64,000 nucleotides of DNA, from positions 81,953-145,952 of the forward strand of contig JADCER010000001.1 in the NCBI GenBank assembly GCA_020249925.1, written 5' to 3'. Below, piece by piece: positions 26,410-35,548 of this stretch. This stretch comes from Roseomonas sp. GTDB taxonomy: Bacteria > Pseudomonadota > Alphaproteobacteria > Acetobacterales > Acetobacteraceae. The notes below the pieces were generated by a model. That model made no database searches. It saw only the letters and a list, made by a program, of their open reading frames with translations, and was not told the origin of the DNA. Every line of letters starts with the position of its first letter. Within the stretch, counting starts at the first letter, position 1. The translations under genes and the position numbers were made by a program.

Positions 26410-26494
26410 GCACCAATCCTGCCATATGCCCAACCACGCGCAAACCAAAATCCCCGCCCGCCAAATCGTCCCGCCGGCAGCATGGGGCGCAGCA

Positions 26495-27307
26495 TCACAC
26501 CCACCCCCGCCACCCCGCCCAAATCACCGCAACCCGATCCACCACCCCACGCGGCGCGGGCACCACCTTCCCCGTCGCCAACCGCCGCAAATCCCGCCCC
26601 GCCAGCACCACCGGCAGCGCGGCAGCCATCAGCGCCTTCGGCACATCACGCGGCGCGCTTCGCAGCGCCTCCAACCCCTCAGCCGCCATCTCAGCGCAAA
26701 GCGCGGCAAGCGCGGGCGCCGTGGGCGCGCTGATCACCGCCTCAGCATTCAGCCCAGCCGCCGCCAGCCGATCACCCGGCAGCAGGCAGCGCCCTTGCGC
26801 GGCATGGGCGCCGACAGACCGCAACACCCCCGCCAACCCATAAGCCGCGCCAAGGGCGCGGAGCTTCTCGGCATCCTCTACACTCCCGCCCAAAGCCAGG
26901 CCCGCCGCATAGGCAAAGCCGCCGGCGGTGCCGCGCAGCCAGGCAACGAAATCCACCTCGGTCGGGATGCCGGCTTCCTCGGTCTCCACCTCACGCGCGT
27001 CAATCATGGCGCCGAGTGCCGTCGGGTCCAGGCTGCCGGCGGTGAGCGCCGCGTGAAGGGGCTCGGCCACCTCATGCCGGCGGGCGGGTTTGCCGGCCTG
27101 CGCTTCCTCCAGCGCATCGCGCCACCATTGCAGGCGGATCAGCGCGGCCATGGGGTGGCTCGCGGCTTCGCGGGCGCGGGCCAATTCATGGTTGAAGGCA
27201 ATCAGGGTGAAAATGGCCTCGCGCTTTTCCGGCGGCGCGAAAAGCGCGGCCAGGAAACGATCCGGGTCATGGGCGCGGGCAAAGGCCGCTATCGGGGAAA
27301 GGCTCAC
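26495..27307 (-). CDS. Squalene/phytoene synthase family protein (NDUFAF6-like)
   Basis: DPDRFLAALFAPPEKREAIFTLIAFNHELARAREAAS...IRLQWWRDAL is the typical N-terminus of the alphaproteobacterial SQS_PSY-like family. Confidence 0.7.
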   Translation of the reverse strand: MSLSPIAAFARAHDPDRFLAALFAPPEKREAIFTLIAFNHELARAREAASHPMAALIRLQWWRDALEEAQAGKPARRHEVAEPLHAALTAGSLDPTALGAMIDAREVETEEAGIPTEVDFVAWLRGTAGGFAYAAGLALGGSVEDAEKLRALGAAYGLAGVLRSVGAHAAQGRCLLPGDRLAAAGLNAEAVISAPTAPALAALCAEMAAEGLEALRSAPRDVPKALMAAALPVVLAGRDLRRLATGKVVPAPRGVVDRVAVIWAGWRGWV

Positions 27308-27424
27308 GCGGCCTGATATGCCTGGGCGCGCGCCGCGCGGGAAGGGTGCGGTTGACGCCTGTGCTGGCGCCGCTTACCTCAGCCTCAGCGTTAATCACTC
27401 ACATCTGAGGAACGGAGAAACCCC

Positions 27425-28063
27425 ATGGCTTTCAGCCTGCCCGCGCTGCCCTATTCCACCAATGCGCTTGCCGCCAATGGCATGTGCCAGGAAACCCTGG
27501 AACTGCATCATGGCAAGCATCACAATGCCTATGTCACGGCGCTGAATGGGCTGATCGAAGCCAAGGGCCTGGCCGGCAAGTCTCTGGAAGCGATCTGCGC
27601 CGAAGCCGGCAAGGCGGGCGCGGATGGCCTGCCGGTGCTGAACCAGGCGGGGCAGCATTACAACCATATCCTGTTCTGGCAGGTGATGCAGCCGGGCGGT
27701 GGTGGCGACAAGCTGCCGGGCGCTTTGGCGGCCAAGATTGATAGCGATCTGGGTGGCCTCGCCGCCTTCAAGGAAGCCTTCAAGCAGGCAGGTGTGACGC
27801 AGTTCGGCTCTGGCTGGGCTTGGCTGATCATCGGTGGCGACGGCAAGCTGAAGGTGACCAAGACGCCGAATGGCGCCAACCCAATCTCCACCGGCGAAGG
27901 CAAGCCGATTCTGGGCGTGGATGTGTGGGAACACGCCTATTACCTGGATTTCCGCAATGTGCGCCCGAATTACCTGGATAACTTCCTGAACAAGCTGGTG
28001 AATTGGGAAGTGGTGGCCGATCTGATGGGCAAGGGTGGTCTTGCTTCCGGCCAATCTGCGTAA
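27425..28063 (+). CDS. sodB: Superoxide dismutase (Fe type)
   Basis: LPALPY...LELHHGKHH...AGQHYNH..FGSGWAWL...DVWEHAYYLD. Confidence 0.9.
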   Translation: MAFSLPALPYSTNALAANGMCQETLELHHGKHHNAYVTALNGLIEAKGLAGKSLEAICAEAGKAGADGLPVLNQAGQHYNHILFWQVMQPGGGGDKLPGALAAKIDSDLGGLAAFKEAFKQAGVTQFGSGWAWLIIGGDGKLKVTKTPNGANPISTGEGKPILGVDVWEHAYYLDFRNVRPNYLDNFLNKLVNWEVVADLMGKGGLASGQSA

Positions 28064-28080
28064 TTGGCCGCAGGGCCATG

Positions 28081-28119
28081 AAAAAGGCGCCGGGGGGTGA
28101 CCCTCGGCGCCTTTTTTTT
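28081..28119. terminator. Bidirectional rho-independent terminator between sodB and yajC
   Basis: AAAAA-GGCGCCG-gggggtgaccct-CGGCGCC-TTTTTTTT. Confidence 0.7.
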
Positions 28120-28134
28120 GGCCTGTGGGAAGGC

Positions 28135-28482
28135 TTAGCTTTTCGCCTCATCATTCGCGGCTTCGGGGCGCAGCACGCTGCCAATGGTGCCGCGCACCAC
28201 GGTGACCTTCACATTGGGGGCGATTTCAGCCTCAATCTCGTCAGAGCCGTCCTTGACTTTGGTGATGGTGGCGACAATGCCGCCTGCGGTCACCACGCGA
28301 TCCCCGCGCTTCAATTGGCCGAGCATTTCGCGGTGATCCTTCATCTTCTTTTGCTGCGGGCGAATCAGCAGGAAGTAGAAGACGACAAAAATCAAAACCA
28401 GCGGCAGCAATTGCATGACAACAGCGGCGGTGCCGCCCGCATCCTGGGCATAGGCGGGTGCGATGCCAAAAAGTTTTTCCAT
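28135..28482 (-). CDS. yajC: Preprotein translocase subunit YajC
   Basis: LLPLVLIFVVFYFLLIRPQQKKMKDHREMLGQLKRGDRVVTAGGI. Confidence 0.85.
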   Translation of the reverse strand: MEKLFGIAPAYAQDAGGTAAVVMQLLPLVLIFVVFYFLLIRPQQKKMKDHREMLGQLKRGDRVVTAGGIVATITKVKDGSDEIEAEIAPNVKVTVVRGTIGSVLRPEAANDEAKS

Positions 28483-28570
28483 GGTCCGGCATTCCTTTTG
28501 CGATGATGGGGCCGGAAACTAGCGCCCGCCCCCTTTCCGTCAATAGCGTCCCGGCCTATGCCCCGCGGCC

Positions 28571-29434
28571 ATGGATCATTCTTCGCTTCTCCCCGCCCTG
28601 TCCCGTATTGCCGAGGCGCTTGAACGCCTGGCCCCGCCGCCCGCCGCCGCCCCTGACATGTCCGGGGCCGATGCCTTCATCTGGCACCCGGAACCCGTGG
28701 CGCGGCTTTCCCCGGTGCCCAAGGTGGCGGCGGTGCCGATTGACCTGCTGCAAGGGGTGGATCGGCAGAAGGAGATTCTGATGGAAAACACGCTGCGCTT
28801 CGCGCGCGGCTTCAGCGCCAATAACGCCATGCTTTGGGGCGCGCGGGGGACGGGGAAGTCGTCCCTGGTGAAGGCGGCACATACCGCGGCCAATAAGGAA
28901 GTGCCGGGCAGTCTTGCGCTGATTGAAATCCATCGGGAGGACATCAAGACCCTGCCGGAATTGCTGCGCTTCCTGCGTGCGGGCACGCGCCGCTGCCTGG
29001 TGTTCTGCGATGATTTGTCCTTTGAGCGTGAGGATGCCGATTACAAGGCGCTGAAATCGGTGCTGGATGGCGGCATTGAAGGCCGGCCCGCCAATGTCTT
29101 GTTCTACGCTACGTCCAACCGCCGGCATTTGATGTCGCGCGACATGATCGAAAATGAGCGTAGCACCGCCATTCACGGGTCTGAAGCGATTGAGGAGAAA
29201 GTCTCGCTCTCAGACCGCTTCGGGCTTTGGATTGGTTTCCATAACGCCAATCAGGATACTTTCTTCGCCATGATCGAAGGCTATGCCAAGCATTATGGGC
29301 TGAATGTGTCAGTTGAGGATTTGCAGGCGCAGGCGGTGGAATGGTCCGTCACGCGCGGGTCCAGGTCCGGCCGCGTCGCCTGGCAATTCATTCAGGATCT
29401 GGCGGGGCGGATGGGCGTGAAGATTGAAGGCTGA
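28571..29434 (+). CDS. AAA-type ATP-binding protein (DUF815-like)
   Basis: Walker A LWGARGTGKSSLVKA and Walker B-like LVFCDDLSFE. About 290 aa, typical of the family. Confidence 0.7.
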   Translation: MDHSSLLPALSRIAEALERLAPPPAAAPDMSGADAFIWHPEPVARLSPVPKVAAVPIDLLQGVDRQKEILMENTLRFARGFSANNAMLWGARGTGKSSLVKAAHTAANKEVPGSLALIEIHREDIKTLPELLRFLRAGTRRCLVFCDDLSFEREDADYKALKSVLDGGIEGRPANVLFYATSNRRHLMSRDMIENERSTAIHGSEAIEEKVSLSDRFGLWIGFHNANQDTFFAMIEGYAKHYGLNVSVEDLQAQAVEWSVTRGSRSGRVAWQFIQDLAGRMGVKIEG

Positions 29435-29443
29435 GCGCCGCGG

Positions 29444-31273
29444 TCAGCGCGGCCGGCCGGGCAGGGGGGGCGCGTTGCCAAGCAGTGCCACCACTTCCTG
29501 CGGTGACAGGAAGCGCGGGAATTCGCCCTGCACCAATTGATCAAGGCTTGGCGCAGGCAGCCCAAGCCGAGACGCATAAATCCAGGAATAGGCAAGCACG
29601 CGCTGCACATGGGCGCGGGTTTCATCGAAGGGGATGGCTTCGACGAAAAGCAGGGCGTCCCCGCGGTGCCGCGCCGCAGGCAACCATTTGGCCAGATTGC
29701 CCGGCCCGGCATTATAGGCCGCAAGAAGGCGGATCAGATCGCCGCCCACCGCTTCGCTCCGTGCCAGATAATGCAAATAGCGCTGTCCCAATTCCAGCGA
29801 CAGGCCGGGATTATGCAGGCGTTCCGCGCCTTCCCCAACGAAGGATGGGTCATTGGCCAAATAGGCGGCTGTGGCCGGCATTACCTGCATCAGGCCGCGG
29901 GCGCCGGCGGGGGACACCGCCGCCGAATCAAAATTCGATTCCTGGCGCGCCAGCGCATAAAGCAGCGCAGGTTCCACACGAAAACCCTGGGCCGGATTAA
30001 GCCGGGGCAGGGGGAAGCGTGCCAGATCGCGCGGCCTGCCATCGGCAGTCTGCGCCAGCTCCGCAAGCTGTGCCGAAAGATGCGTGAGGCCACCTTGAGA
30101 GGCGAGCGCCAGCATGGCCCGCAGCAAGGGAAGATTGCCGCGCGCGCGTGGCCAAAGTGCGCGCAATTCGGCTTCTGCCCGGCCCGCCTGTCCAATCTGC
30201 AGCAGGGCGAGGGCGCGCCAGCCGCCGGCGGTTTCCATCAGCGTTGCCATGCCTTCTTCCCCGCCGGCTTCGGCATGCCAGGCAAAGCCGGGCGTCAGGC
30301 CAAGGGCACGGCGGGCCATCAGCCCGTAAAAAGTGCGCGGTTCCTGCGCGGCCTGCAAAAGCCAGGGCACATGCATGCCCGGATGGCGGGCGCGGATGGC
30401 GGCACGGCTGGCCCAATAGGCAGCCGCGGCGCGATTGGCAGCGGATGCCCCGGGTGCACGCGCCGCAACCTCAAAATACGGCAGGGCCACATCGAAATGA
30501 CCTAGTCCCCATGCCGAGAGCCCGGCGGCAAAGGCGGCCCGGCCGCTTGGATCTGCCCGGCTGCGCGCGGCTTCTGCGGCCAAATCAAAGGCGCGCTCAT
30601 CATCCCCACGGCGAAACAGGATCAGGGCGAAATCGGCCCTGAGCGCGGCGGCATAGGCGGGCGTCATGCCGCGCGTGGCTTCCATCTGGCGCAAGGCAGC
30701 TTCCAGATTGCCTTCGCGCACCAGGTCCCTGAGCGCCCGGTCCAGCGCCGGGTTGCGCACAAAGCCTTGGTCCGGGGCTTCGCGTTCTTCCGGGGCGGCG
30801 CCGGCATCTTCAGCAAGGCTTTCCTGCACGGGCGCCGCCGGCAGGCTGGCCCCGCGCGGCGCCATGCGGCGGAGCAAGGCATGGATCGCCGCTGCATCCG
30901 GATGATCGTTAAAGCGCGCCAGCCAGTCGCGCAGCGCTTCCTGATCCGGACGCGGCGCGGCAGGGTTCAGCCAGCGATCGGCAAGGATATGGCCTTCAAG
31001 CCGACGGTCCGAAAGCTGCGCTGTCGCGCGTTCCGCCGCTTCCCATTCCCGCGCGGCGTGTAGGGCGAAAATAGCTTGCAGCGCTGCCGCATCGGCGGGC
31101 GCCAAAGGCTGGTTGATGCTGGCCGAAGCACGCAATGCGGGCATGGGCAAGGCAGCGGTCTGAGTGGCCCTTTGCGCCGCAGCCGGAACAGGGGTTCCGA
31201 ACCACAGAGGCGCCAGCACCAGCGCCATCAAGGGCAGGGTGCGGCTTGGGGCCATGGGGGGGATCGCGCGCAT
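29444..31273 (-). CDS. Soluble lytic murein transglycosylase (Slt70-like)
   Basis: Signal peptide, a long helical repeat region and a C-terminal SLT core LLYALARQESNFDSAAVSPAGARGLMQVMPATA. Confidence 0.8.
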   Translation of the reverse strand: MRAIPPMAPSRTLPLMALVLAPLWFGTPVPAAAQRATQTAALPMPALRASASINQPLAPADAAALQAIFALHAAREWEAAERATAQLSDRRLEGHILADRWLNPAAPRPDQEALRDWLARFNDHPDAAAIHALLRRMAPRGASLPAAPVQESLAEDAGAAPEEREAPDQGFVRNPALDRALRDLVREGNLEAALRQMEATRGMTPAYAAALRADFALILFRRGDDERAFDLAAEAARSRADPSGRAAFAAGLSAWGLGHFDVALPYFEVAARAPGASAANRAAAAYWASRAAIRARHPGMHVPWLLQAAQEPRTFYGLMARRALGLTPGFAWHAEAGGEEGMATLMETAGGWRALALLQIGQAGRAEAELRALWPRARGNLPLLRAMLALASQGGLTHLSAQLAELAQTADGRPRDLARFPLPRLNPAQGFRVEPALLYALARQESNFDSAAVSPAGARGLMQVMPATAAYLANDPSFVGEGAERLHNPGLSLELGQRYLHYLARSEAVGGDLIRLLAAYNAGPGNLAKWLPAARHRGDALLFVEAIPFDETRAHVQRVLAYSWIYASRLGLPAPSLDQLVQGEFPRFLSPQEVVALLGNAPPLPGRPR

Positions 31274-31407
31274 GGCAAAAGGGTTCTAGACGCGAATTGG
31301 TAAAAAATTCAACCACGGGGGGAGTAGGGGGTTTCAAACGAGCGCCCCGCCCAGGTGACAGGCGCCGGATGCGGGGTTAAATCCTTTCTATCAGCAAGGA
31401 GACCCCC

Positions 31408-31890
31408 ATGACGATCAAGATTGGCGATAGCATTCCCGCAATGAAGGTAATGCAGGGCACCTCGGAAGGGCCGAAGGAGCTTGATACGGCGGAATTCTTC
31501 AAGGGCCGGACCGTTGTGCTGTTCGGCGTGCCTGGCGCCTTTACCCCCACCTGCTCAGCCAAGCATCTGCCCGGCTTTACGGAGCATGCGGCAGCGCTGA
31601 AGGCCAAGGGTGTGCATGCCATCGCCTGCATGGCAGTGAACGACGCCTTTGTGATGGGCGCCTGGGCCAAGGATCAGGGCATTACCGACCAGGTCACGAT
31701 GATTGCCGATGGCTCGGCCGCCTTTACCAAGGCGATGGGGCTGGAATTCGACCTGACGGCGCGTGGCCTTGGCGTGCGCTGCCAGCGCTTCGCCCTGGTG
31801 GCGAAGGACGGCAAGGTGACCCATGTGGCCGTGGAAGCCCCGGGAGCCTTTGAAGTGAGCAAGGCCGAAGCGGTTCTGGCCGCGCTTTGA
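31408..31890 (+). CDS. Peroxiredoxin (Prx5/glutathione-dependent type)
   Basis: VVLFGVPGAFTPTCS peroxidatic-Cys motif. 160 aa. Confidence 0.85.
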   Translation: MTIKIGDSIPAMKVMQGTSEGPKELDTAEFFKGRTVVLFGVPGAFTPTCSAKHLPGFTEHAAALKAKGVHAIACMAVNDAFVMGAWAKDQGITDQVTMIADGSAAFTKAMGLEFDLTARGLGVRCQRFALVAKDGKVTHVAVEAPGAFEVSKAEAVLAAL

Positions 31891-31937
31891 TGTGATTGCC
31901 GGGCGCGCCCTTCCCGGCGCGTCGGCTGTTTTGAGGA

Positions 31938-32579
31938 TTGCCGCCCATGAGCATTACCTTCTGGACCTGGAACACGCCCAATGGGCGCAAGATCAGTGTC
32001 GCGCTTGAAGAGATGGGCCTTGCCTATACCGTGCGGCCGGTGAACATTAGCAAGGGCGAGCAATTCAACCCTGAATTCCTGGCCTTCAGCCCAAATAACC
32101 GCATTCCTGCCATCCAGGACCCCGATGGGCCGGATGGCAAGCCGATCACGGTTTTCGAGAGCGGGGCGATTTTGCTCTATTTGGCTGAGAAAACCGGCCG
32201 CTTCCTGCCGCGCGATTTGCGCGCGCGCGTACCGGTTTATGAATGGCTGATGTGGCAGATGGGGGGCTTTGGCCCCATGCCGGGCCAGGTGCATCACTTC
32301 CTGATGCAGCCCGAAGGGCCGGCACGTGACTATGGCTTCAAGCGCTATCATGATGAGACCAAGCGCCTGTACGGCGTTCTGGATCGGCGGCTGGAGGGGC
32401 GGGATTTCGTCGCGACAAGCGGCGAGCCCTCGATCGCTGATTTCACCATTCTAGGCTGGGCCTGGCGGCATGAGCGCCATCAGGTGGACCTTGGGGGCTT
32501 GCCGAATGTGAAGCGCTGGTACGAGGCGATGATGGCGCGGCCTGCCACGAAACGTGGGTTTGAGGTTTCGCTGGGTTGA
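31938..32579 (+). CDS. Glutathione S-transferase family protein (YfcG/Nu-class-like)
   Basis: ITFWTWNTPNGRKISVALEEMGL...FNPEFLAFSPNNRIPAIQDPDG...VFESGAILLYLAEK. Confidence 0.8.
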   Translation: MPPMSITFWTWNTPNGRKISVALEEMGLAYTVRPVNISKGEQFNPEFLAFSPNNRIPAIQDPDGPDGKPITVFESGAILLYLAEKTGRFLPRDLRARVPVYEWLMWQMGGFGPMPGQVHHFLMQPEGPARDYGFKRYHDETKRLYGVLDRRLEGRDFVATSGEPSIADFTILGWAWRHERHQVDLGGLPNVKRWYEAMMARPATKRGFEVSLG

Positions 32580-32660
32580 GATGGCGTTTCGGGTTTGACG
32601 CTGCCCCGCCGCGGCACTAGAAGCGGGGTGTTGCAACGCCGTGTGACTTTCCACTCCTGC

Positions 32661-32753
32661 GGAGGGGTGGCCGAGTGGCCGAAGGCGGCGGTTTGCTAAA
32701 CCGTTATAGGATTAATAGTCCTATCGTGGGTTCGAATCCCATCCCCTCCGCCA
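32661..32753 (+). tRNA. tRNA-Ser (anticodon GCT)
   Basis: Hand-folded. The acceptor is GGAGGGG/CCCCTCC and the anticodon arm is GCGGT-TTGCTAA-ACCGT. It also has a long variable arm, GTTCGAATC in the T-loop and an encoded CCA. Confidence 0.9.
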
Positions 32754-32961
32754 TCAAACTGCCTAAAGAGAAGCTTTTGCCCCCGGAAAGTTTGGGGGCG
32801 TCTGGCTTGTGGACAGCGCAAATCTGCCCGAAGCCCAGGGTGGTTGTGACCGGCTCGCGTGGCGGGTTTCGGTTGTACCTGGGGTAATTTGGGGAACTCC
32901 GGGAAAATTGTGACAGGGCTGGACAGGCAACGGAAACAAGGCGAATAAGCGGGCCTGTAGC

Positions 32962-33052
32962 GGATGGATGGCCGAGCGGTCGAAGGCGCGCGCCTGGAAA
33001 GTGCGTATACGTCAAAAGCGTATCGTGGGTTCGAATCCCACTCCATCCGCCA
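32962..33052 (+). tRNA. tRNA-Ser (anticodon GGA)
   Basis: Hand-folded. The acceptor is GGATGGA/TCCATCC and the anticodon loop is CTGGAAA. It also has a long variable arm, a GTTCGAATC T-loop and an encoded CCA. Confidence 0.9.
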
Positions 33053-33359
33053 GCTTTGCGTCGTGAAATGGTCCCAAGCCTGAAATGGCGCTCTTCCGAT
33101 GCCGATTCTGTTCCTTAAGGGACTAAAAAACGTAAGTTTTGCCGTTCGATCGTTTAAGGCGAAACTGGCTTGGTTTAGGCCGACAAACCCGCGACTGAAA
33201 CGAGATTTACAGCAGCGTCCATTTGCGCATGAAAGTCAGGCAAGTGGCGCCGGGGCAAAGCTGCCAGCGCATTCTCAAGCAGGTTCCTCGCGCGCTTTCA
33301 AGCCAAATGGAATCGCCTGATTCTCCAGAAAATACGTACGGAAAGCGCTTAACCGCGCG

Positions 33360-34322
33360 CTATTCCACCCTGATCTTGCCGGCGCGCGCGATGGCGCCGA
33401 AATCCTCTCGTTCCTGGCGGATGAAGCTCAGCATTTCGGCGGGTGTGGTGATGCGCGGTGCAGCGCCAAGATCACGAATACGCGTTGCAATCGCCTCATC
33501 ACGTAGCGCCTGATTGATCACGCCATTCAGCTTTTGAATGATATCGTCTGGCGTGCCCTTCGGCGCCATGAAGGCGTACCAGGCGACCCATTCACGCGCA
33601 TCCAGGCCGAGTTCCATCATGGTGGGCACGCCGGGTAACCGATCCGATCTCTCACGGCCCGTCATGGCCAAGGCGCGCAGGCGGCCGCCCGCGACATGCC
33701 CTCCGCTGGCGCCAAGGCTATCCACGGTGATCGGCACCTCATTCGCGATCACCGCGGTCAAGGATTGCACGGTGCTGCGATAGGGCACGCCCGGCATGTC
33801 CAGCTTGTGCCGGAGCTTGGTATCTTCCGCGACCAGATGCGGAATGCTGCCCGATGAAGGATTGCCATAGCGCCAAACGCCGGGTTCCGCCTGCACGCGG
33901 GCGATGAATTCCGGCATGGTGCGGAAGGGCTGCGACGGGTTCAGCAACCACACCAAAGGCGAGGTGACGGCGACAGAAATCGAGGCAAATTCCTCCACTG
34001 GATCAAAGGGCATATTGGGATAGATGCTGCTGCCGATGGAAATCGCGCCGATATGGGCGAACATGAAGGTATTGCCATCGGGCCGGCTGCGCTGCAGATC
34101 CTGCATGCCGATAATGCCATTCGCACCGGGCTTGTTTTCCACCACCACCGGCTGGCCGAGCAATTCGCCAAGCCGCGGGGCCAGGATGCGCGCATAAACC
34201 TCATACCCGCCAGCGGCGCTGGGGACGATCAGGCGAAGCGGGCGGTTTGGCCAGTCACGGCTTTGGGCGAGTACGGGTGGCGCTGCTAGAAGGCCGAGCG
34301 CGGCGCGGCGTGTGATGCGCAT
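33360..34322 (-). CDS. Bug/TctC-family tripartite tricarboxylate transporter substrate-binding protein
   Basis: Tat-like signal RRAALGLLAAPPVLAQ, WPNRPLRLIVPSAAGG and VVVENKPGANG motifs. Confidence 0.85.
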   Translation of the reverse strand: MRITRRAALGLLAAPPVLAQSRDWPNRPLRLIVPSAAGGYEVYARILAPRLGELLGQPVVVENKPGANGIIGMQDLQRSRPDGNTFMFAHIGAISIGSSIYPNMPFDPVEEFASISVAVTSPLVWLLNPSQPFRTMPEFIARVQAEPGVWRYGNPSSGSIPHLVAEDTKLRHKLDMPGVPYRSTVQSLTAVIANEVPITVDSLGASGGHVAGGRLRALAMTGRERSDRLPGVPTMMELGLDAREWVAWYAFMAPKGTPDDIIQKLNGVINQALRDEAIATRIRDLGAAPRITTPAEMLSFIRQEREDFGAIARAGKIRVE

Positions 34323-34433
34323 GGTTGTCTACTCCCTCACAGGATACGTCACGGGCCGACTGCCCATGCGTTCTTATGAACAAGGGTATTCACCCTTCGC
34401 CGCCGGCGGCAAGCCTAGCCTCGCCCTATTGCC

Positions 34434-35414
34434 TCATGATGGCGAAAGCCCCGCAAGCCGTGCGGCGCGGCGTGCATTGTTCAATTCATCACGCAAGAAC
34501 TGCGCAAAACCATCCGATGTGCGTTGCTCAGGGCTCGCCAAAATGGCGCCCACTTCGCTGATGCGTGATTGTATCGCGGCTTCATCCAGCACGGCTGCCA
34601 ATGTGGCTTGGAGTTTTCCGACAATGTCAGCCGGCGTTGCAGCCGGCGCCAATACGCCGCCATAGCTACCGGCAGTAAAATTAGGCAGCCCCGCTTCGAT
34701 AAAGGTCTGCACACCGGGCAGATGCGCGGATCGCGCCTGTGTTGCGATGGCGACAATGGGTGCCTTGCCGTCCTGATGCAGCGGCAGGGCAGAGGGTAAT
34801 TCCACCATCCCCGCATCAACCGTGCCGCTGATCAAATCCGGAATCATGGCGCTGCCGCCGCGATAGGGCACATGGGTTGCCTTCACGCCTGCCCCCGCAA
34901 GCAATAACTCCAAGGCAAGATGTGCCGCACTGCCAGTGCCAGGTGTTGCGACAGTCAAGGCGCCATCACGCTGGCGCATCAGCGCAATCAATTCCGTCAA
35001 GCTGCGCGCGGGCAAACGCGCAGTGACTTGGCAGATCATGGGCAGAATACCGACAAGGCCGATGGGGCGGAAATCACGCTCCACGTCATAAGGAATATTT
35101 GCTTGCAGCACAGGATTGGCCGTGAGCGGCCCGCCTGCGCCAAACAGCAGCGTGTATCCATCGGCCGGCGCACGCGCGACCAGTTCCGCCCCAAGGCTTC
35201 CACCAGCACCGGCGCGGTTTTCAATGACGATTGGCCTGCCCAAGCGTTCCGCCATCGGGCCTGCAATCAAGCGCGCCAGGATATCCGTATTGCCACCGGC
35301 AGCGAAGGGCACGATCATGCGTATCGGTCGATCCGGATAGGCCATGGCGCTGCGGATGATGGAAGCCGCCGCCAGCGATGCTGCCGTACCCAGAAGCAAG
35401 CGACGTGAAATCAT
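34434..35414 (-). CDS. Bug/TctC-family substrate-binding protein (second copy)
   Basis: YPDRPIRMIVPFAAGGNTDILARL...IVIENRAGAGG. Confidence 0.85.
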   Translation of the reverse strand: MISRRLLLGTAASLAAASIIRSAMAYPDRPIRMIVPFAAGGNTDILARLIAGPMAERLGRPIVIENRAGAGGSLGAELVARAPADGYTLLFGAGGPLTANPVLQANIPYDVERDFRPIGLVGILPMICQVTARLPARSLTELIALMRQRDGALTVATPGTGSAAHLALELLLAGAGVKATHVPYRGGSAMIPDLISGTVDAGMVELPSALPLHQDGKAPIVAIATQARSAHLPGVQTFIEAGLPNFTAGSYGGVLAPAATPADIVGKLQATLAAVLDEAAIQSRISEVGAILASPEQRTSDGFAQFLRDELNNARRAARLAGLSPS

Positions 35415-35548
35415 CTACGTATCCTCCTATACCGCGTCTATGCGCGTTCGATGGTAGGCTCGCATTGTCGCGCAGGAAGGGCAAGCATGGCTTGCGGTGA
35501 TGGCATCCCTGCCGCAGACTCTGCCCTTGAGCGATAGGAGAGTTACCG

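Noticed and set aside
32580-33360. Integrase, att repeat or prophage remnants next to the tRNA-Ser genes (also checked at 42860-43290)
   Set aside because: No tyrosine-recombinase-like translation appears in any frame, and I found no duplicated tRNA 3' segment within the window.
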